A stretch of DNA of 64,000 bases, taken from positions 39,355 through 103,354 of the forward strand of contig CALUJE010000005.1 of the NCBI GenBank assembly GCA_944320885.1. The letters are read 5' to 3'. Below are positions 28,013 to 38,101 of the stretch, piece by piece. This DNA is from an uncultured Phocaeicola sp. (GTDB lineage Bacteria > Bacteroidota > Bacteroidia > Bacteroidales > Bacteroidaceae). The first letter of the stretch is position 1. Every line of letters begins with the position of its first letter. A program made the translations under genes and the position numbers. The notes beneath the pieces are model-generated. The model searched no databases. It was not told the DNA's origin and saw only the letters and a list, made by a program, of their open reading frames with translations.

Positions 28013-30067
28013 ATGAAAACGAATAACTTGTTAATCTATTTGGCATTTGTAGCCTTTCTTTTTCCTTACATGGGATTTGCTGAAGACGGACCGCGTGTTT
28101 CCGTATTGTTGAATAAGGGATGGGAATACAAACCTATCCGGATAACAGATAAAAATATACCTTATACGCAGGTAACAATACCTCATACATGGAATGCGTC
28201 TTATCTGAAGGGTACTACCGATTATAACCGTGAAACAATGGTGTACCGCCGTGACCTGGAACTGCCTTTGCAAACAGCAGGAAAACGTTTCTTCCTTTAT
28301 TTTGAAGGTGTGAATTCCGTTGCGGATGTTTTTATCAACCATCGTACGGTAGGACAGCACCGTGGCGGATATACGGCTTTCTGTCTTGAGATAACGGATT
28401 TTGTTCAGGGAGGAAAAAACTTGCTGGAAGTATGGGCCAGCAATGCTTTCCGCACGGATGTGCTTCCTATCAGTGGCGATTTTAATGTATATGGCGGAAT
28501 CCACCGTCCGTGTCATCTGATAGTGACAGACGAGAACTGTATATCACCTTTGTTTTATGCCTCTCCCGGAGTATTGATTCATCAGGACAGCGTTACCGAC
28601 AATAAGGCTGAATTTACCGTTGAAACGATATTGTCTTTGCGAAAGCCGTCGGCAGAACTGTCTGTCAAGACAACCGTATTTGATGCCAAAGGAAAAATTG
28701 TGGCAGAGAAGAGTGGTGCAGTTACTGAAGAACACGTAAAACACTCCTTGCAGATAGATAATCCGATATTGTGGAACGGAAAAGAAAATCCATATTTATA
28801 CAGCGTCAGGGTCGAGTTGTTTGAAGACGGAAAACTGATAGACTGCGTAAAACAGGAAACTGGTTTTCGTTACTATACCGTTGATGCCGACAAAGGATTC
28901 TTTTTGAACGGAAAACCTTTGAGTCTGTATGGCTTCTGCCGTCATGAGGACTTTGCCGGAAAAGGAAGTGCCTTGTCTGATACGGAATATGCAAGAGATA
29001 TGGAGTTGATTAACGAAGTGGGAGCAACGGCCATGCGTCTGGCACACTATCCGCATGGAGAAAAAATGTATGATTTGTGTGATAAAAACGGTATTATACT
29101 GTGGACCGAGATTCCGATGTGCGGACCGGGCGGCTATGATTATACGGGATATCTGCACAATCAGGGATTTGAGGAAAATGCCCGTCAGGTGACCAGAGAA
29201 CTGGTTTATCAGAAGTACAATCATCCGTCTGTCTGTTTTTGGGGTATCTTTAATGAACTGCTGATATCCGATGGAGTAAGATTCCAGGAGTACGACAATC
29301 CGGTAGCCTTTGTGAAAGAAATAAATGCATTGTTCAAGGAGCTGGACCCTTCCCGTCTGACGGCCTTTGCCACCTGCGTGGACCAGAGTCATTATCTGGG
29401 ATGTGCCGATCTGGTAGCATGGAATAAATATTTCAGTTGGAAAGATTCCTATAAACAGGCCTCCGACTTTTTTGATGAGGCACGTGCCACCTCAAAAGGT
29501 TATCCTGTAGGAGTATCGGAATATGGTGCTGCCGGCAGTGTGAATCATCATGCATGTATCATAGACGGAAGTGTAGAGCTTACGAGCCGTATGCATCCGG
29601 AGGAGTATCAGGCTGTTTGTCATGAAGGATACTGGAAAGCATTCACGGAGCGTCCTTTCCTGTGGGCTAAGTTGATATGGCAGTTCTCTGATATGCAGTC
29701 ATCCATCCGTAAGGAAGGCGATACGGACGGTATGAACGATAAAGGAGCTGTTTCGTATGACCGTAAAACGAAAAAAGATATCTTCTATTTTTACAAGGCA
29801 AACTGGAATCCCGAACCTATGCTATATATAACCAGTCGCCGCTTTACACAGCGTGACAAGGCTGAGACCTGGGTCAAGCTATACAGTAATCTGAAGAAAG
29901 CTACATTATATATTAACGGTGTAAAAATAGGAACGCAGGTAAACGATGGAATGAACCGGATGATATGGCCGAAAGTTCTTTTGAATAAAGGAGAAAATCA
30001 GATTCGTGTTGAGGGACGGAACGGAAAAAATACCATTGTTGACACTTGTACGTGGTATCTTGAATAA
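28013..30067 (+). CDS. Glycoside hydrolase family 2 protein (beta-galactosidase/glucuronidase-like)
   Basis: Signal peptide. GH2 sugar-binding region (FEGVNSVADVFINHRTVGQHRGGYTAF), acid/base NHPSVCFWGIFNE, nucleophile region VGVSEYGA. Confidence 0.9.
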   Translation: MKTNNLLIYLAFVAFLFPYMGFAEDGPRVSVLLNKGWEYKPIRITDKNIPYTQVTIPHTWNASYLKGTTDYNRETMVYRRDLELPLQTAGKRFFLYFEGVNSVADVFINHRTVGQHRGGYTAFCLEITDFVQGGKNLLEVWASNAFRTDVLPISGDFNVYGGIHRPCHLIVTDENCISPLFYASPGVLIHQDSVTDNKAEFTVETILSLRKPSAELSVKTTVFDAKGKIVAEKSGAVTEEHVKHSLQIDNPILWNGKENPYLYSVRVELFEDGKLIDCVKQETGFRYYTVDADKGFFLNGKPLSLYGFCRHEDFAGKGSALSDTEYARDMELINEVGATAMRLAHYPHGEKMYDLCDKNGIILWTEIPMCGPGGYDYTGYLHNQGFEENARQVTRELVYQKYNHPSVCFWGIFNELLISDGVRFQEYDNPVAFVKEINALFKELDPSRLTAFATCVDQSHYLGCADLVAWNKYFSWKDSYKQASDFFDEARATSKGYPVGVSEYGAAGSVNHHACIIDGSVELTSRMHPEEYQAVCHEGYWKAFTERPFLWAKLIWQFSDMQSSIRKEGDTDGMNDKGAVSYDRKTKKDIFYFYKANWNPEPMLYITSRRFTQRDKAETWVKLYSNLKKATLYINGVKIGTQVNDGMNRMIWPKVLLNKGENQIRVEGRNGKNTIVDTCTWYLE

Positions 30068-30167
30068 GTGTTTACTAAAATTAATCTTTTTTCTTATTCT
30101 GCAGTTGAACTTTTACACTTAATACATGGTCTGCTATACAGATTGATTATTAAGGAGGAATAAACTT

Positions 30168-30671
30168 ATGAAGAAAATTATTTTAGTATTGTTAGCCGTA
30201 TTTATGTATGGATTTGCGGCAGAAGCACAGCGTCCACAACGTCCTCAACGTGAAAGAATGGACCCGGAAAAGATGATCGAAATGCGTACGGAGCGGATTG
30301 TGAAAAAGTATAATCTCTCGGAAGAGCAAGCTTCGAAACTGTTGGCCCTGAACAAGTCACAGGCAGAAAAGATGAAAGCCATGCAACCCAAGCCTCTTCC
30401 TAAAGATTCTCTCGATGCGATGAGCAAGGCTGCACGAAAGGAATACAAGAAACAGCAAAAAGCCCAGCGCGAGGAAATGCAGAAAGTCAGAGAACAGAAT
30501 GAAGCCGACTTTGAGGTTGAGTTGAAGAAAATATTGACTTCAGATCAGTTTGCCCAATACCAGAAAGATGAACAGGCCCGTAAGGAACGGATGGAAAACC
30601 GCAGACGAGGCGGTAACATGGGAGGTCCGCGCGGTGGTGACGGATGGGGTCGTGGAGGCGACGACTTTTAA
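30168..30671 (+). CDS. Periplasmic Spy/CpxP-like (LTxxQ-type, DUF4890-like) protein with RGG-rich tail
   Basis: Signal peptide ending AAEAQ. QRPQRPQRE repeat. LSEEQASKL and LTSDQFAQY motifs. C-terminal RRRGGNMGGPRGGDGWGRGGDDF. Confidence 0.75.
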   Translation: MKKIILVLLAVFMYGFAAEAQRPQRPQRERMDPEKMIEMRTERIVKKYNLSEEQASKLLALNKSQAEKMKAMQPKPLPKDSLDAMSKAARKEYKKQQKAQREEMQKVREQNEADFEVELKKILTSDQFAQYQKDEQARKERMENRRRGGNMGGPRGGDGWGRGGDDF

Positions 30672-30700
30672 TGATTGATATTGCATATAAAGCTTGTATA

Positions 30701-30746
30701 AGACAACAGATGTCCTTTCTGCTTCAAGAAAGGACATCTGTTGTCT
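30701..30746. terminator. Bidirectional terminator between convergent genes
   Basis: Perfect 19-bp stem: AGACAACAGATGTCCTTTC pairs with GAAAGGACATCTGTTGTCT around an 8-nt loop, followed by TTTAT. Confidence 0.75.
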
Positions 30747-30770
30747 TTATATATATTCTTACTCCTTTTT

Positions 30771-33266
30771 TCAGTCCAAGTCTACTACGGTAATGCCGGC
30801 GCCGCCAAACTGAACGTGTTCATCCTGAAAATGGCTTACTCCGGGAACAGTTCTCAGGTAGTCACGTATAAGTGTGCGCAAGATTCCGTTTCCTGTACCA
30901 TGCAGAATACGTACCCGGCTTACTCCCAGAAGAATAGCATCGTCAATGAAGTAAGTTACAGCCTGTATGGCTTCGTCTCCTCTCATGCCTCTGACGTCAA
31001 TATCCTGTTTAAACTGGAGTTTTTTCTCATATACATTATCTTGCGTCTGAGTGCTTACAAACGATGAACTCTGCATCGTATTGCTTGTTCGCGGAGCTTC
31101 GGCTCTTTCCAGACGTTCCAGCTTGACAGTCGTTTTGATAACCCCGAATGTGACTGTTGCGTTCTTTCCGCTTATATCCAGCAGCTCACCGACTGAAGTC
31201 TGTCCTTTGATACGCACGGTGTCGCCTTTCTGCAAGGGACGCTCCGCTTTTGGGACAACAGGCACATTGCCGGTCTTCTGTTGCTTCTTGCGTTCCTGCT
31301 TTCTCTTTTGCTTTTCGAGGAGCTGTTCCATTTTACGTGCAATCTTCTCGTCGGTCTGCTTCTTGTCTATCTCCTCTACGTCAGCCTTAAACTCATTCAG
31401 TTCCTGACGTGCATTGCGTGTCTTTTCCTTTTCGGCCTGTGCCTCCTTAATGGTTCGTATCGTGTTTTCGATGCGGGCGTTCGATTCTTCCAGCAGATGA
31501 CGTGCTTCTTCTTTGGCATTGCGCAGTATTTCCTTGCGGCTCTTGTCCAGTTCGTTGAGCTGTGCCTCATACCGTGCAATCGTTTCTTCCATCTGTTTTT
31601 CGCGCTTGCGTATATTCTGGCGTTTGCTTTCCCAGTAACGCTTGTCGCGTACGATGTCCTGCAGATATTTGTCGGCGTTGATATATTCGCTTCCCACAAT
31701 TTCCGAGGCATCGGCAATCACATCTTCCGGAATACCTATCTTTCGTGCAATTTCTACGGCAAACGAGCTGCCCGGGTTACCTATTTGCAATTGGAACAGC
31801 GCCTGCATGTGATGACGGTCATACAGCATGGCACCATTAACCACCCCTTCGTGTTCATCGGCAAAATGCTTCAGATTCTGATAGTGCGTGGTGATAACTC
31901 CAAATGCCCGTTTGTTATTGAAACGTTTCAGTACGGCTTCGGCAATGGCACCTCCGATTTGAGGTTCTGTTCCACTACCGAATTCATCAATCAGGATAAG
32001 ACTCCTTTCATCACAATGCTTCATGGTATTCTTCATGTTCAGCAAGTGTGATGAATAAGTACTCAAATCATTTTCTATACTTTGTTCATCGCCAATATCA
32101 ATAAATATGCTGCCGAAAATACCCGCATGACTTCTTTCGTGAAGCGGGACAGGCAGTCCGCATTGAAGCATATATTGCAGAAGCCCCACAGTTTTAAGAC
32201 AAACCGATTTACCTCCGGCATTCGGTCCGGAGATGATAAGCAGTCGCTGTGACTTGTTCAGCTCAATGTCGAGCGGAACCACTTTTTTCTCATGGCGTGC
32301 CAGCGAGAGTTGCAACAATGGGTGTACCGCCATCGTCCAGTCTACCACCTGCGTGTTTTCTATTACAGGCTTGATGGCATTGATATTGATGGAGAAACGT
32401 GCTTTAGCCCTGATAAAATCTATTTCGGCCAGAAATTCATACGATTGCAGAATTTCCGGTATTTGCGGCCGTACGGTGTTTGAAAACTCTGTCAATATGC
32501 GGATTACCTCCCTCCGTTCTTCTCCTTCCAGTTCGCGTATCCGGTTATTGGCTTCCACCACTTCGGCCGGTTCTATAAAGACGGTCTTTCCTGTGGCCGA
32601 CTCATCATGTACAATACCTTTTATTTTCCGTTTCAGACCCGGAGCCACGGGGATAACCAGACGGCCGTCACGCATGGTAGGAGTGACATCCTTATCTACA
32701 TATCCTTCCGACTGGGCGTTTCGCAATATGGCGTTCAGGCTGCGCGAAATACCGCTAGTGGTCGATGTTATCTCCCGTCGGATTCGTAGCAGTTCGGCCG
32801 AAGCATTGTCTTTTATCTTACCGTACTTATCGAGAATACGTTCTATTTGTCCGATGAGTTGTGGAAACACAGCTACGTCTCCGGCCAGATTTTGCAGGGC
32901 AGGGTAGGGATATTCACCGCTTTCCTGTTCTTCCCAATGCAGAAAACGTACGATGCTGTGTATGGTTTCGAGTGAGCGTCGCAGGTCGAACACCTCCTGC
33001 TCGTCAAGATACAGTCCTTCTACCCGTATGCGGCGCAGCGAGGGGCGTACGTCGAAGAAATATTGATCCGGAAAATTATCTTCTTCCTGAATAATCCGTA
33101 TGAATTCTGTTGTCTCGTTCAGCAGACGGTTTATTGTTTCAGCATTATCGGTAAATTCCATGCTGTCAACTCGTTCTTCTCCCAATGAGCTTAAACATTG
33201 TTCCTTTAATAAAGTACGGATTTGGTCGAATCCTATTTTCTGTTCAAAGTTCTGTGGATATATCAT
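30771..33266 (-). CDS. mutS2: Endonuclease MutS2 (MutS domain V ATPase plus C-terminal Smr domain)
   Basis: Walker A ISGPNAGGKS, DEFGSGTEP, long coiled coil, and a C-terminal Smr domain (DVRGMRGDEA...HGTGNGILR). Confidence 0.95.
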   Translation of the reverse strand: MIYPQNFEQKIGFDQIRTLLKEQCLSSLGEERVDSMEFTDNAETINRLLNETTEFIRIIQEEDNFPDQYFFDVRPSLRRIRVEGLYLDEQEVFDLRRSLETIHSIVRFLHWEEQESGEYPYPALQNLAGDVAVFPQLIGQIERILDKYGKIKDNASAELLRIRREITSTTSGISRSLNAILRNAQSEGYVDKDVTPTMRDGRLVIPVAPGLKRKIKGIVHDESATGKTVFIEPAEVVEANNRIRELEGEERREVIRILTEFSNTVRPQIPEILQSYEFLAEIDFIRAKARFSININAIKPVIENTQVVDWTMAVHPLLQLSLARHEKKVVPLDIELNKSQRLLIISGPNAGGKSVCLKTVGLLQYMLQCGLPVPLHERSHAGIFGSIFIDIGDEQSIENDLSTYSSHLLNMKNTMKHCDERSLILIDEFGSGTEPQIGGAIAEAVLKRFNNKRAFGVITTHYQNLKHFADEHEGVVNGAMLYDRHHMQALFQLQIGNPGSSFAVEIARKIGIPEDVIADASEIVGSEYINADKYLQDIVRDKRYWESKRQNIRKREKQMEETIARYEAQLNELDKSRKEILRNAKEEARHLLEESNARIENTIRTIKEAQAEKEKTRNARQELNEFKADVEEIDKKQTDEKIARKMEQLLEKQKRKQERKKQQKTGNVPVVPKAERPLQKGDTVRIKGQTSVGELLDISGKNATVTFGVIKTTVKLERLERAEAPRTSNTMQSSSFVSTQTQDNVYEKKLQFKQDIDVRGMRGDEAIQAVTYFIDDAILLGVSRVRILHGTGNGILRTLIRDYLRTVPGVSHFQDEHVQFGGAGITVVDLD

Positions 33267-33479
33267 AATGCCAATAATAATCGGTATGTCTTTAATCTAA
33301 TTGTTGTGTTTGTAGAGTCGGTCTATGTTATCGATTTAAAAATCATGCAAAGTTAGCAGGTTTGTTTTTGTCACACAAATTTTGAGCCTGAACGTTTTCT
33401 ACGGAGCATTTAAATAATGATTCTGGAGGAAATATTTAGAAAAAGTGTCGATAAATTTGGTAAATTCAATAAGTCGTCA

Positions 33480-33487
33480 TATCTTTG
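33480..33487 (+). promoter_or_regulatory. Candidate -7 box (TATCTTTG) for tRNA-Ser
   Basis: Matches TAnnTTTG. About 40 nt upstream of the tRNA 5' end. Confidence 0.4.
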
Positions 33488-33526
33488 CATCGCTTTTGAA
33501 AAGAAGTACTTCTACAAAGGAGTTTT

Positions 33527-33611
33527 GGAGAGGTGGCAGAGTGGTCGATTGCGGCGGTCTTGAAAACCGTTGTGCTGCGAGGCACCCGGGGTTCGAATCC
33601 CTGTCTCTCCG
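33527..33611 (+). tRNA. tRNA-Ser (anticodon UGA)
   Basis: Cloverleaf read by eye: acceptor GGAGAGG/TCTCTCC, anticodon stem CGGT/ACCG with loop CTTGAAA, long variable arm, T-arm CGGGG-TTCGAAT-CCCTG. CCA is not encoded. Confidence 0.93.
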
Positions 33612-33617
33612 CTGATA

Positions 33618-33660
33618 AAGGATGTAAATCAAGTAATTACGAGATTTACATCCTTTTTTT
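33618..33660 (+). terminator. Rho-independent terminator after tRNA-Ser
   Basis: AAGGATGTAAATC pairs with GATTTACATCCTT (13-bp stem, 12-nt loop), followed by a T-run. Confidence 0.75.
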
Positions 33661-33730
33661 ATACTCTGAATTAAGGCTGAAAAGTGTTTTTTCGGTTGTT
33701 TAAAACTACTTGTTAAAATATTAAGTTTAT

Positions 33731-34417
33731 CTATATTTTATATAAAGAATCTGCTAGCAGTTCTTTTCCGTCATTTATGTTGTTGCATATTTGCTGTATT
33801 TCATTGATAAGTCTTGATACATGAAATCCGTCACAAACGGCATGATGCACTTGTATGGAAAGAGGTATAAGGCATTTGTTGTTTTGCTGAAAATATTTTC
33901 CATAGGTGAAAATGGGCAACAAGTAACTTCCGTCAGTGAATATGTTCAGATTAAATCCTGTAAATGTGGTCCATGGTAATGAAGATAGAGGAAAGGTATT
34001 AGCTGGTGTATTGGGCTTTGCATTTATATTGTAATTATAGCCAAACAGCCTGATATCTTGTTCATAGTTGAATAGAAAAGTTTTCAAATCATTATTCCAT
34101 TCAGTCCAGAGATTGGAAAAACTTTTGTTCTCCTTATGAAATATAGTGTAGCATGGCGATAGTTTCTCCCATACACCTAATTCTCCTTTGTCGTTGATGG
34201 CCGTTCTGAATTTTTCATGATTGTTTACAGCTTTTGTTGTCGCATAAATTAGGAGAGGATAAAGTTTGATATGATAATTTTCCTTGAACAATATGAGTTG
34301 AGAAATGTCAATATTTACAGTAATACTATAAGTACATCGTATTTGATTGAAATAGTGCTCAAAATACGGTCTCCTTTTCCAAGTTTCTTTATTTATAAGA
34401 TGAAACATAATAGTCAT
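33731..34417 (-). CDS. cat: Type A chloramphenicol O-acetyltransferase family protein
   Basis: Aligns by eye along its full length with classical CATs: ETWKRRPYFEHY, SSLPWTTFTGFNLNI, catalytic IQVHHAVCDGFH. The true start is probably MFHLINKETW (34408). Confidence 0.9.
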   Translation of the reverse strand: MTIMFHLINKETWKRRPYFEHYFNQIRCTYSITVNIDISQLILFKENYHIKLYPLLIYATTKAVNNHEKFRTAINDKGELGVWEKLSPCYTIFHKENKSFSNLWTEWNNDLKTFLFNYEQDIRLFGYNYNINAKPNTPANTFPLSSLPWTTFTGFNLNIFTDGSYLLPIFTYGKYFQQNNKCLIPLSIQVHHAVCDGFHVSRLINEIQQICNNINDGKELLADSLYKI

Positions 34418-34439
34418 TCTTTTTAAATTAAAAATATTT

Positions 34440-35773
34440 TTATTTTTCTGTAGACATTATCTTGTCTGTCAGATAGACAAAACTTGTAATCATTGCAGAA
34501 GAACGGTTGATTGTCTCTTTGTTTACTAAAGACATATTGTCAACTTCAGAATGGTGAATAGAGAAATAATTTTTTCTTTCCGCCATATAAAAGTATACAG
34601 GAACTTCTTTTTCTGAATTAAGTGGCCAGAAAGTAGCATCTTTTAATGGCATTCTTTGTAAATTGGATGTAAAATGAAGTGAATCTGAAAACGCTCTTAT
34701 TTTGTCATAAACCGTTTCTGTCTCAAATAAGGTAAACCCCGATGGTTCTTCTGCACCAGAATCGATTTCAAGATTGTATAAATGGCAGTCATTTCCATAT
34801 TTCTCTATATATTTTTTCATTCCGGACATGGAAATTTCTTCATCCTGATAGATAAGGACCCTGATTGTGTTTTGAGGATTAATTCTTCCTTTATGAAATA
34901 TTCTTAGTATTTCAATTGCTTGGGCACATCCTGTTGCATTGTCTTGAGCTCCTTGGCTATTGAACCACGAATCGATGTGTGCAGATATAAGTATTACCTT
35001 TTCCGGGTTCTTTACTCCTGTTATTTCTCCTATAAGGTTGAATCCTGTTGTGGAACCTTTCCATTCGGAAGTAGAAGATAGACTTATTTTCATATTTGGA
35101 TTCTTGGCTATTTTTTCAGATAAGAGATCAGCATCATTAGTGGATATAGCCAAGGCTGGAATTTTTTTATGCCATTCTCATATCTGAGTGTTCCTGTTCT
35201 CGGAAAATCATCAGATATGGGAGAGAGTGCTCTGGTTATTACTGCCTCTGCTCCTTTTTTAGCAGCCATAGAGGCACCAAACATTCTTTGCCACCCTGCT
35301 TTTGAATATCCGTTTTCTGTTGAATCCATTTTTTCATTAAAGAACACGGCATAACCTTCCAAAGAAGACGCCTTTTCAAAATCAGCTTTGCTTGTAAACT
35401 CTACAACCTTAAGATTTAAAATTTTACCATTTGTTCCTACAGAAAGTCCTAAAGGTATTGCATTTAAGTTTTTCTTGCCGTTTTCGTCTGTGTAGTATAG
35501 AGTAGATGTACCCGGTAACCATAATGGTACATTTACAGAATCGATTTTTACATCAATACAGAATTTTTCCATTTCATTTTTCAAGAAATAAATGGCCTTT
35601 GTATTGTTTTCACTGCCAGACATTCTTGCCGGATATTTTTCTGACAGAGTTTTTATACATTCAAAACATTTGCCTCTTTTAGAAATGTTTTCAATTTGCT
35701 CTAAAGGATCTTTATCTGTTTGGCAACTAGTTAAAAAGCATATTACAACGAAAAGTATATATTTCATATCCAA
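34440..35773 (-). pseudogene. M28 family (PA-domain) aminopeptidase lipoprotein, split by a frameshift in a homopolymer
   Basis: Two overlapping ORFs (35108-35773 and 34440-35153) carry the N- and C-terminal halves. Lipobox FLTSC. Zinc-site motifs ISAHIDSW, AQDNATG, QDEEISMSG, HHSEVD. The frames join if the A7 run (T7 at 35162-35168 on plus) were A8. Confidence 0.8.
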
Positions 35774-35797
35774 CCTATAAAAAGTCTATATTATTAG

Positions 35798-36244
35798 TTA
35801 TAAAAGATTTACAAAGATATTTTCTTTCTCCCAATTTCTTGCTGCCCGATTCATCATCTGTTTGCAAAGAAGGGTATGAAAGGGACGGATAAAGAAGAAA
35901 TAGATTCTTCCCAATGAATTATGATAGTTGACAAAGGTGCTTATTCTGATGGTTTGTTGATGTGTTGAAGCATTGAAAGTATCACATTGCAATAATATCC
36001 GAAAATTCAAATGTTTATCTGATTTACAGATGATTACTTTGCTGTCATCTTGCTCAGTAATTAAATCGGTGAATCCTCCTCCCGATTGCAATCCGAATGG
36101 TTTTACCAGCCAGTCTCTTAATCGAAGCAGATATAATACGGGTTTGGGATAGTGAACGAATATCTGTTGGAACAGAACTTTGGCAGTCATGGGACAGGTG
36201 CTTCGGACAGTCGTAATATAGGTGTCTGAATAGTCTGCTTTCAT
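35798..36244 (-). CDS. Hypothetical protein (DUF2867-like, assignment from memory)
   Basis: 148-aa ORF, 4 nt downstream of the preceding gene on the same strand, AT-rich codon usage like its neighbours. Confidence 0.6.
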   Translation of the reverse strand: MKADYSDTYITTVRSTCPMTAKVLFQQIFVHYPKPVLYLLRLRDWLVKPFGLQSGGGFTDLITEQDDSKVIICKSDKHLNFRILLQCDTFNASTHQQTIRISTFVNYHNSLGRIYFFFIRPFHTLLCKQMMNRAARNWEKENIFVNLL

Positions 36245-36248
36245 AAAT

Positions 36249-36605
36249 TCATCTCTTTTTCATGGTTTGTGCTTTCCGTTGGGTCATCTCTTCCGCAAAA
36301 GCCTTATATCCGTTTATCTGGATGTAGTGGATACATGCTGCTCGGTCTGAATTGAACAGGAAAGCGAAGATTTTTCCTATCACGTTGTTGTGTATCTTGC
36401 AGTCTTTTACATTCATAGTGCAGTCGGCACAACTGTGAAATCCTTTTTCTATACAGCATTGGCGAATCTTACACCATGTTGCTTTTTCGTTTTGCCGGCA
36501 TCCCGGACATTTCCCATTGAGGTATTTGCGACATGCTCCGCAATACAGACCGCATGCAGCAATGTGCTCTGTGGAGGCAGTAATAGGCTTTACTTCGTTT
36601 TTCAT
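36249..36605 (-). CDS. Cys-rich DUF3795-like protein
   Basis: CGLYCGACRKYLNGKCPGCRQNEKATWCKIRQCCIEKGFHSCADC, a multiple CxxC pattern typical of that family. Confidence 0.7.
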   Translation of the reverse strand: MKNEVKPITASTEHIAACGLYCGACRKYLNGKCPGCRQNEKATWCKIRQCCIEKGFHSCADCTMNVKDCKIHNNVIGKIFAFLFNSDRAACIHYIQINGYKAFAEEMTQRKAQTMKKR

Positions 36606-37457
36606 TTGTACTTAATCCTTTTTTTCATTCTCCAGTTCCCACAAGGATGTCTTTAAAATGTGCAGAAGCGTGGAACTGCGATGCCACGTCTTAACTTGAA
36701 GGTCGTAGGAAACCATAGATGCAGATGTAACAATAACAGCCCACGCTGTATGCGTGAGAATCACTACGCTATCCTTGCATCCGGTTGAAAATTTCCTATG
36801 TTTTCAAGTTACAAGATAAGCATAACGCTTTTTCTAATTATAATATGTCTTGGAAAGAGTTTTATCAAGACATTGGTAAAGATACACAATTTCATTGATA
36901 ATCGGCAAAATAGAGTCGTAAAACTATCAAGTTTACATTCAGAATCCTCTATATTTCTTATCTTCCCGTATAGTAGACCGTATGGGTTGTTGTGTTCTTG
37001 TTTTTCTCTCATTGAACCCATCATAAATTGATACCTTATTTATGGTTAGTATAAGTTTATTGCTATCGGTAAGATTGCTTCTTTATTCTGAAAATATCAT
37101 TTCTGAAGTCAAACTTCTATTGTATTCTTCAGAATAAATTTTGCTACTTTTTTATTATTCAATAGGCTTTTTATCATATTTCTGGCAAATCTGATGGCTA
37201 CACATAGTTTTCTAAACATCTCTTTTGAGTAAAGAAACTGGTTGAATACTTTTTCAACTATGGTATTCAGGCGTAATATTTGTTGTAATATTTTCGGTGA
37301 TAATCAGTTTTGAGTATTAATCTGAATAAAAAATTATAAGTTATAAATTTTTTATTTATAGCCTTCTTTTCTATGATTATAGGCTATGATTTTAAAAATC
37401 ATCAGTTATAAATCTAAAAAAGAAGGCCATTGTTTTTGTATTTATAATCGGATAAAT

Positions 37458-38090
37458 TTATTCTTGTAGGTTTGATAATCCATCAATGTCTCCGATAGTA
37501 AGATAAGGTAGACTCTTTCGGATTTTCTCATATGGCCAGTCCCACCATTTTGAGGTTTGCAGTTTTTGTATGGTCTCTTCATCAAAACGCTTCCTGATCG
37601 GCTTGGCAGGAATACCGCCTACTATGGTGTAAGGTGGTACGTCTTTAGTGACAACAGCTCGGGTGGCAATGATTGCTCCGTTTCCGATATGTACCCCAGC
37701 CATTATTATTGCTTCATAACCTATCCAGACATCATTACCTATTACGATATCTCCTTTGTTATCCCATGCATCTGAAACATTGGATTTCTCCAAATTCCAA
37801 TCTTCATAAAACAAAGGGAATGTATAGGTTGATAAAGATCTTAATGTATGGTTGGCACAATTGAATAGAAATTTTGTGCCGCAAGCAATGGAGCAAAATT
37901 TACCTATTATTAATCGCTCGTGATTTATTGGATAATGATACAGTACATTATTCTGTTCAAAAAGTAGCGGATTGGATACAAAATCATTATAGATTGTATA
38001 ATCTCCGACTTCTATAGACGGATCTTTTATAACTGTATTCAGGTAAACAGTCTGTTTATCTCCTGTACGAGGATATATTTTTTTCATCAT
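37458..38090 (-). CDS. vat: Vat family streptogramin A O-acetyltransferase (xenobiotic hexapeptide acyltransferase)
   Basis: Shares blocks with Vat(D)/SatA across its length: [44 protein letters not shown]...GG.PA, RFD..TI..L...KWWDWP. Confidence 0.9.
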   Translation of the reverse strand: MMKKIYPRTGDKQTVYLNTVIKDPSIEVGDYTIYNDFVSNPLLFEQNNVLYHYPINHERLIIGKFCSIACGTKFLFNCANHTLRSLSTYTFPLFYEDWNLEKSNVSDAWDNKGDIVIGNDVWIGYEAIIMAGVHIGNGAIIATRAVVTKDVPPYTIVGGIPAKPIRKRFDEETIQKLQTSKWWDWPYEKIRKSLPYLTIGDIDGLSNLQE

Positions 38091-38101
38091 GATTTAAATG
38101 A

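Noticed and set aside
31281-32907. Long plus-strand ORFs (256 aa at 31281-32051, 224 aa at 32233-32907) inside the mutS2 region
   Set aside because: They are antisense to a full-length, motif-rich MutS2 gene. Their sequences are low complexity (Leu/Phe/Ser/Cys-rich) with no recognisable motifs, which is typical of shadow ORFs.
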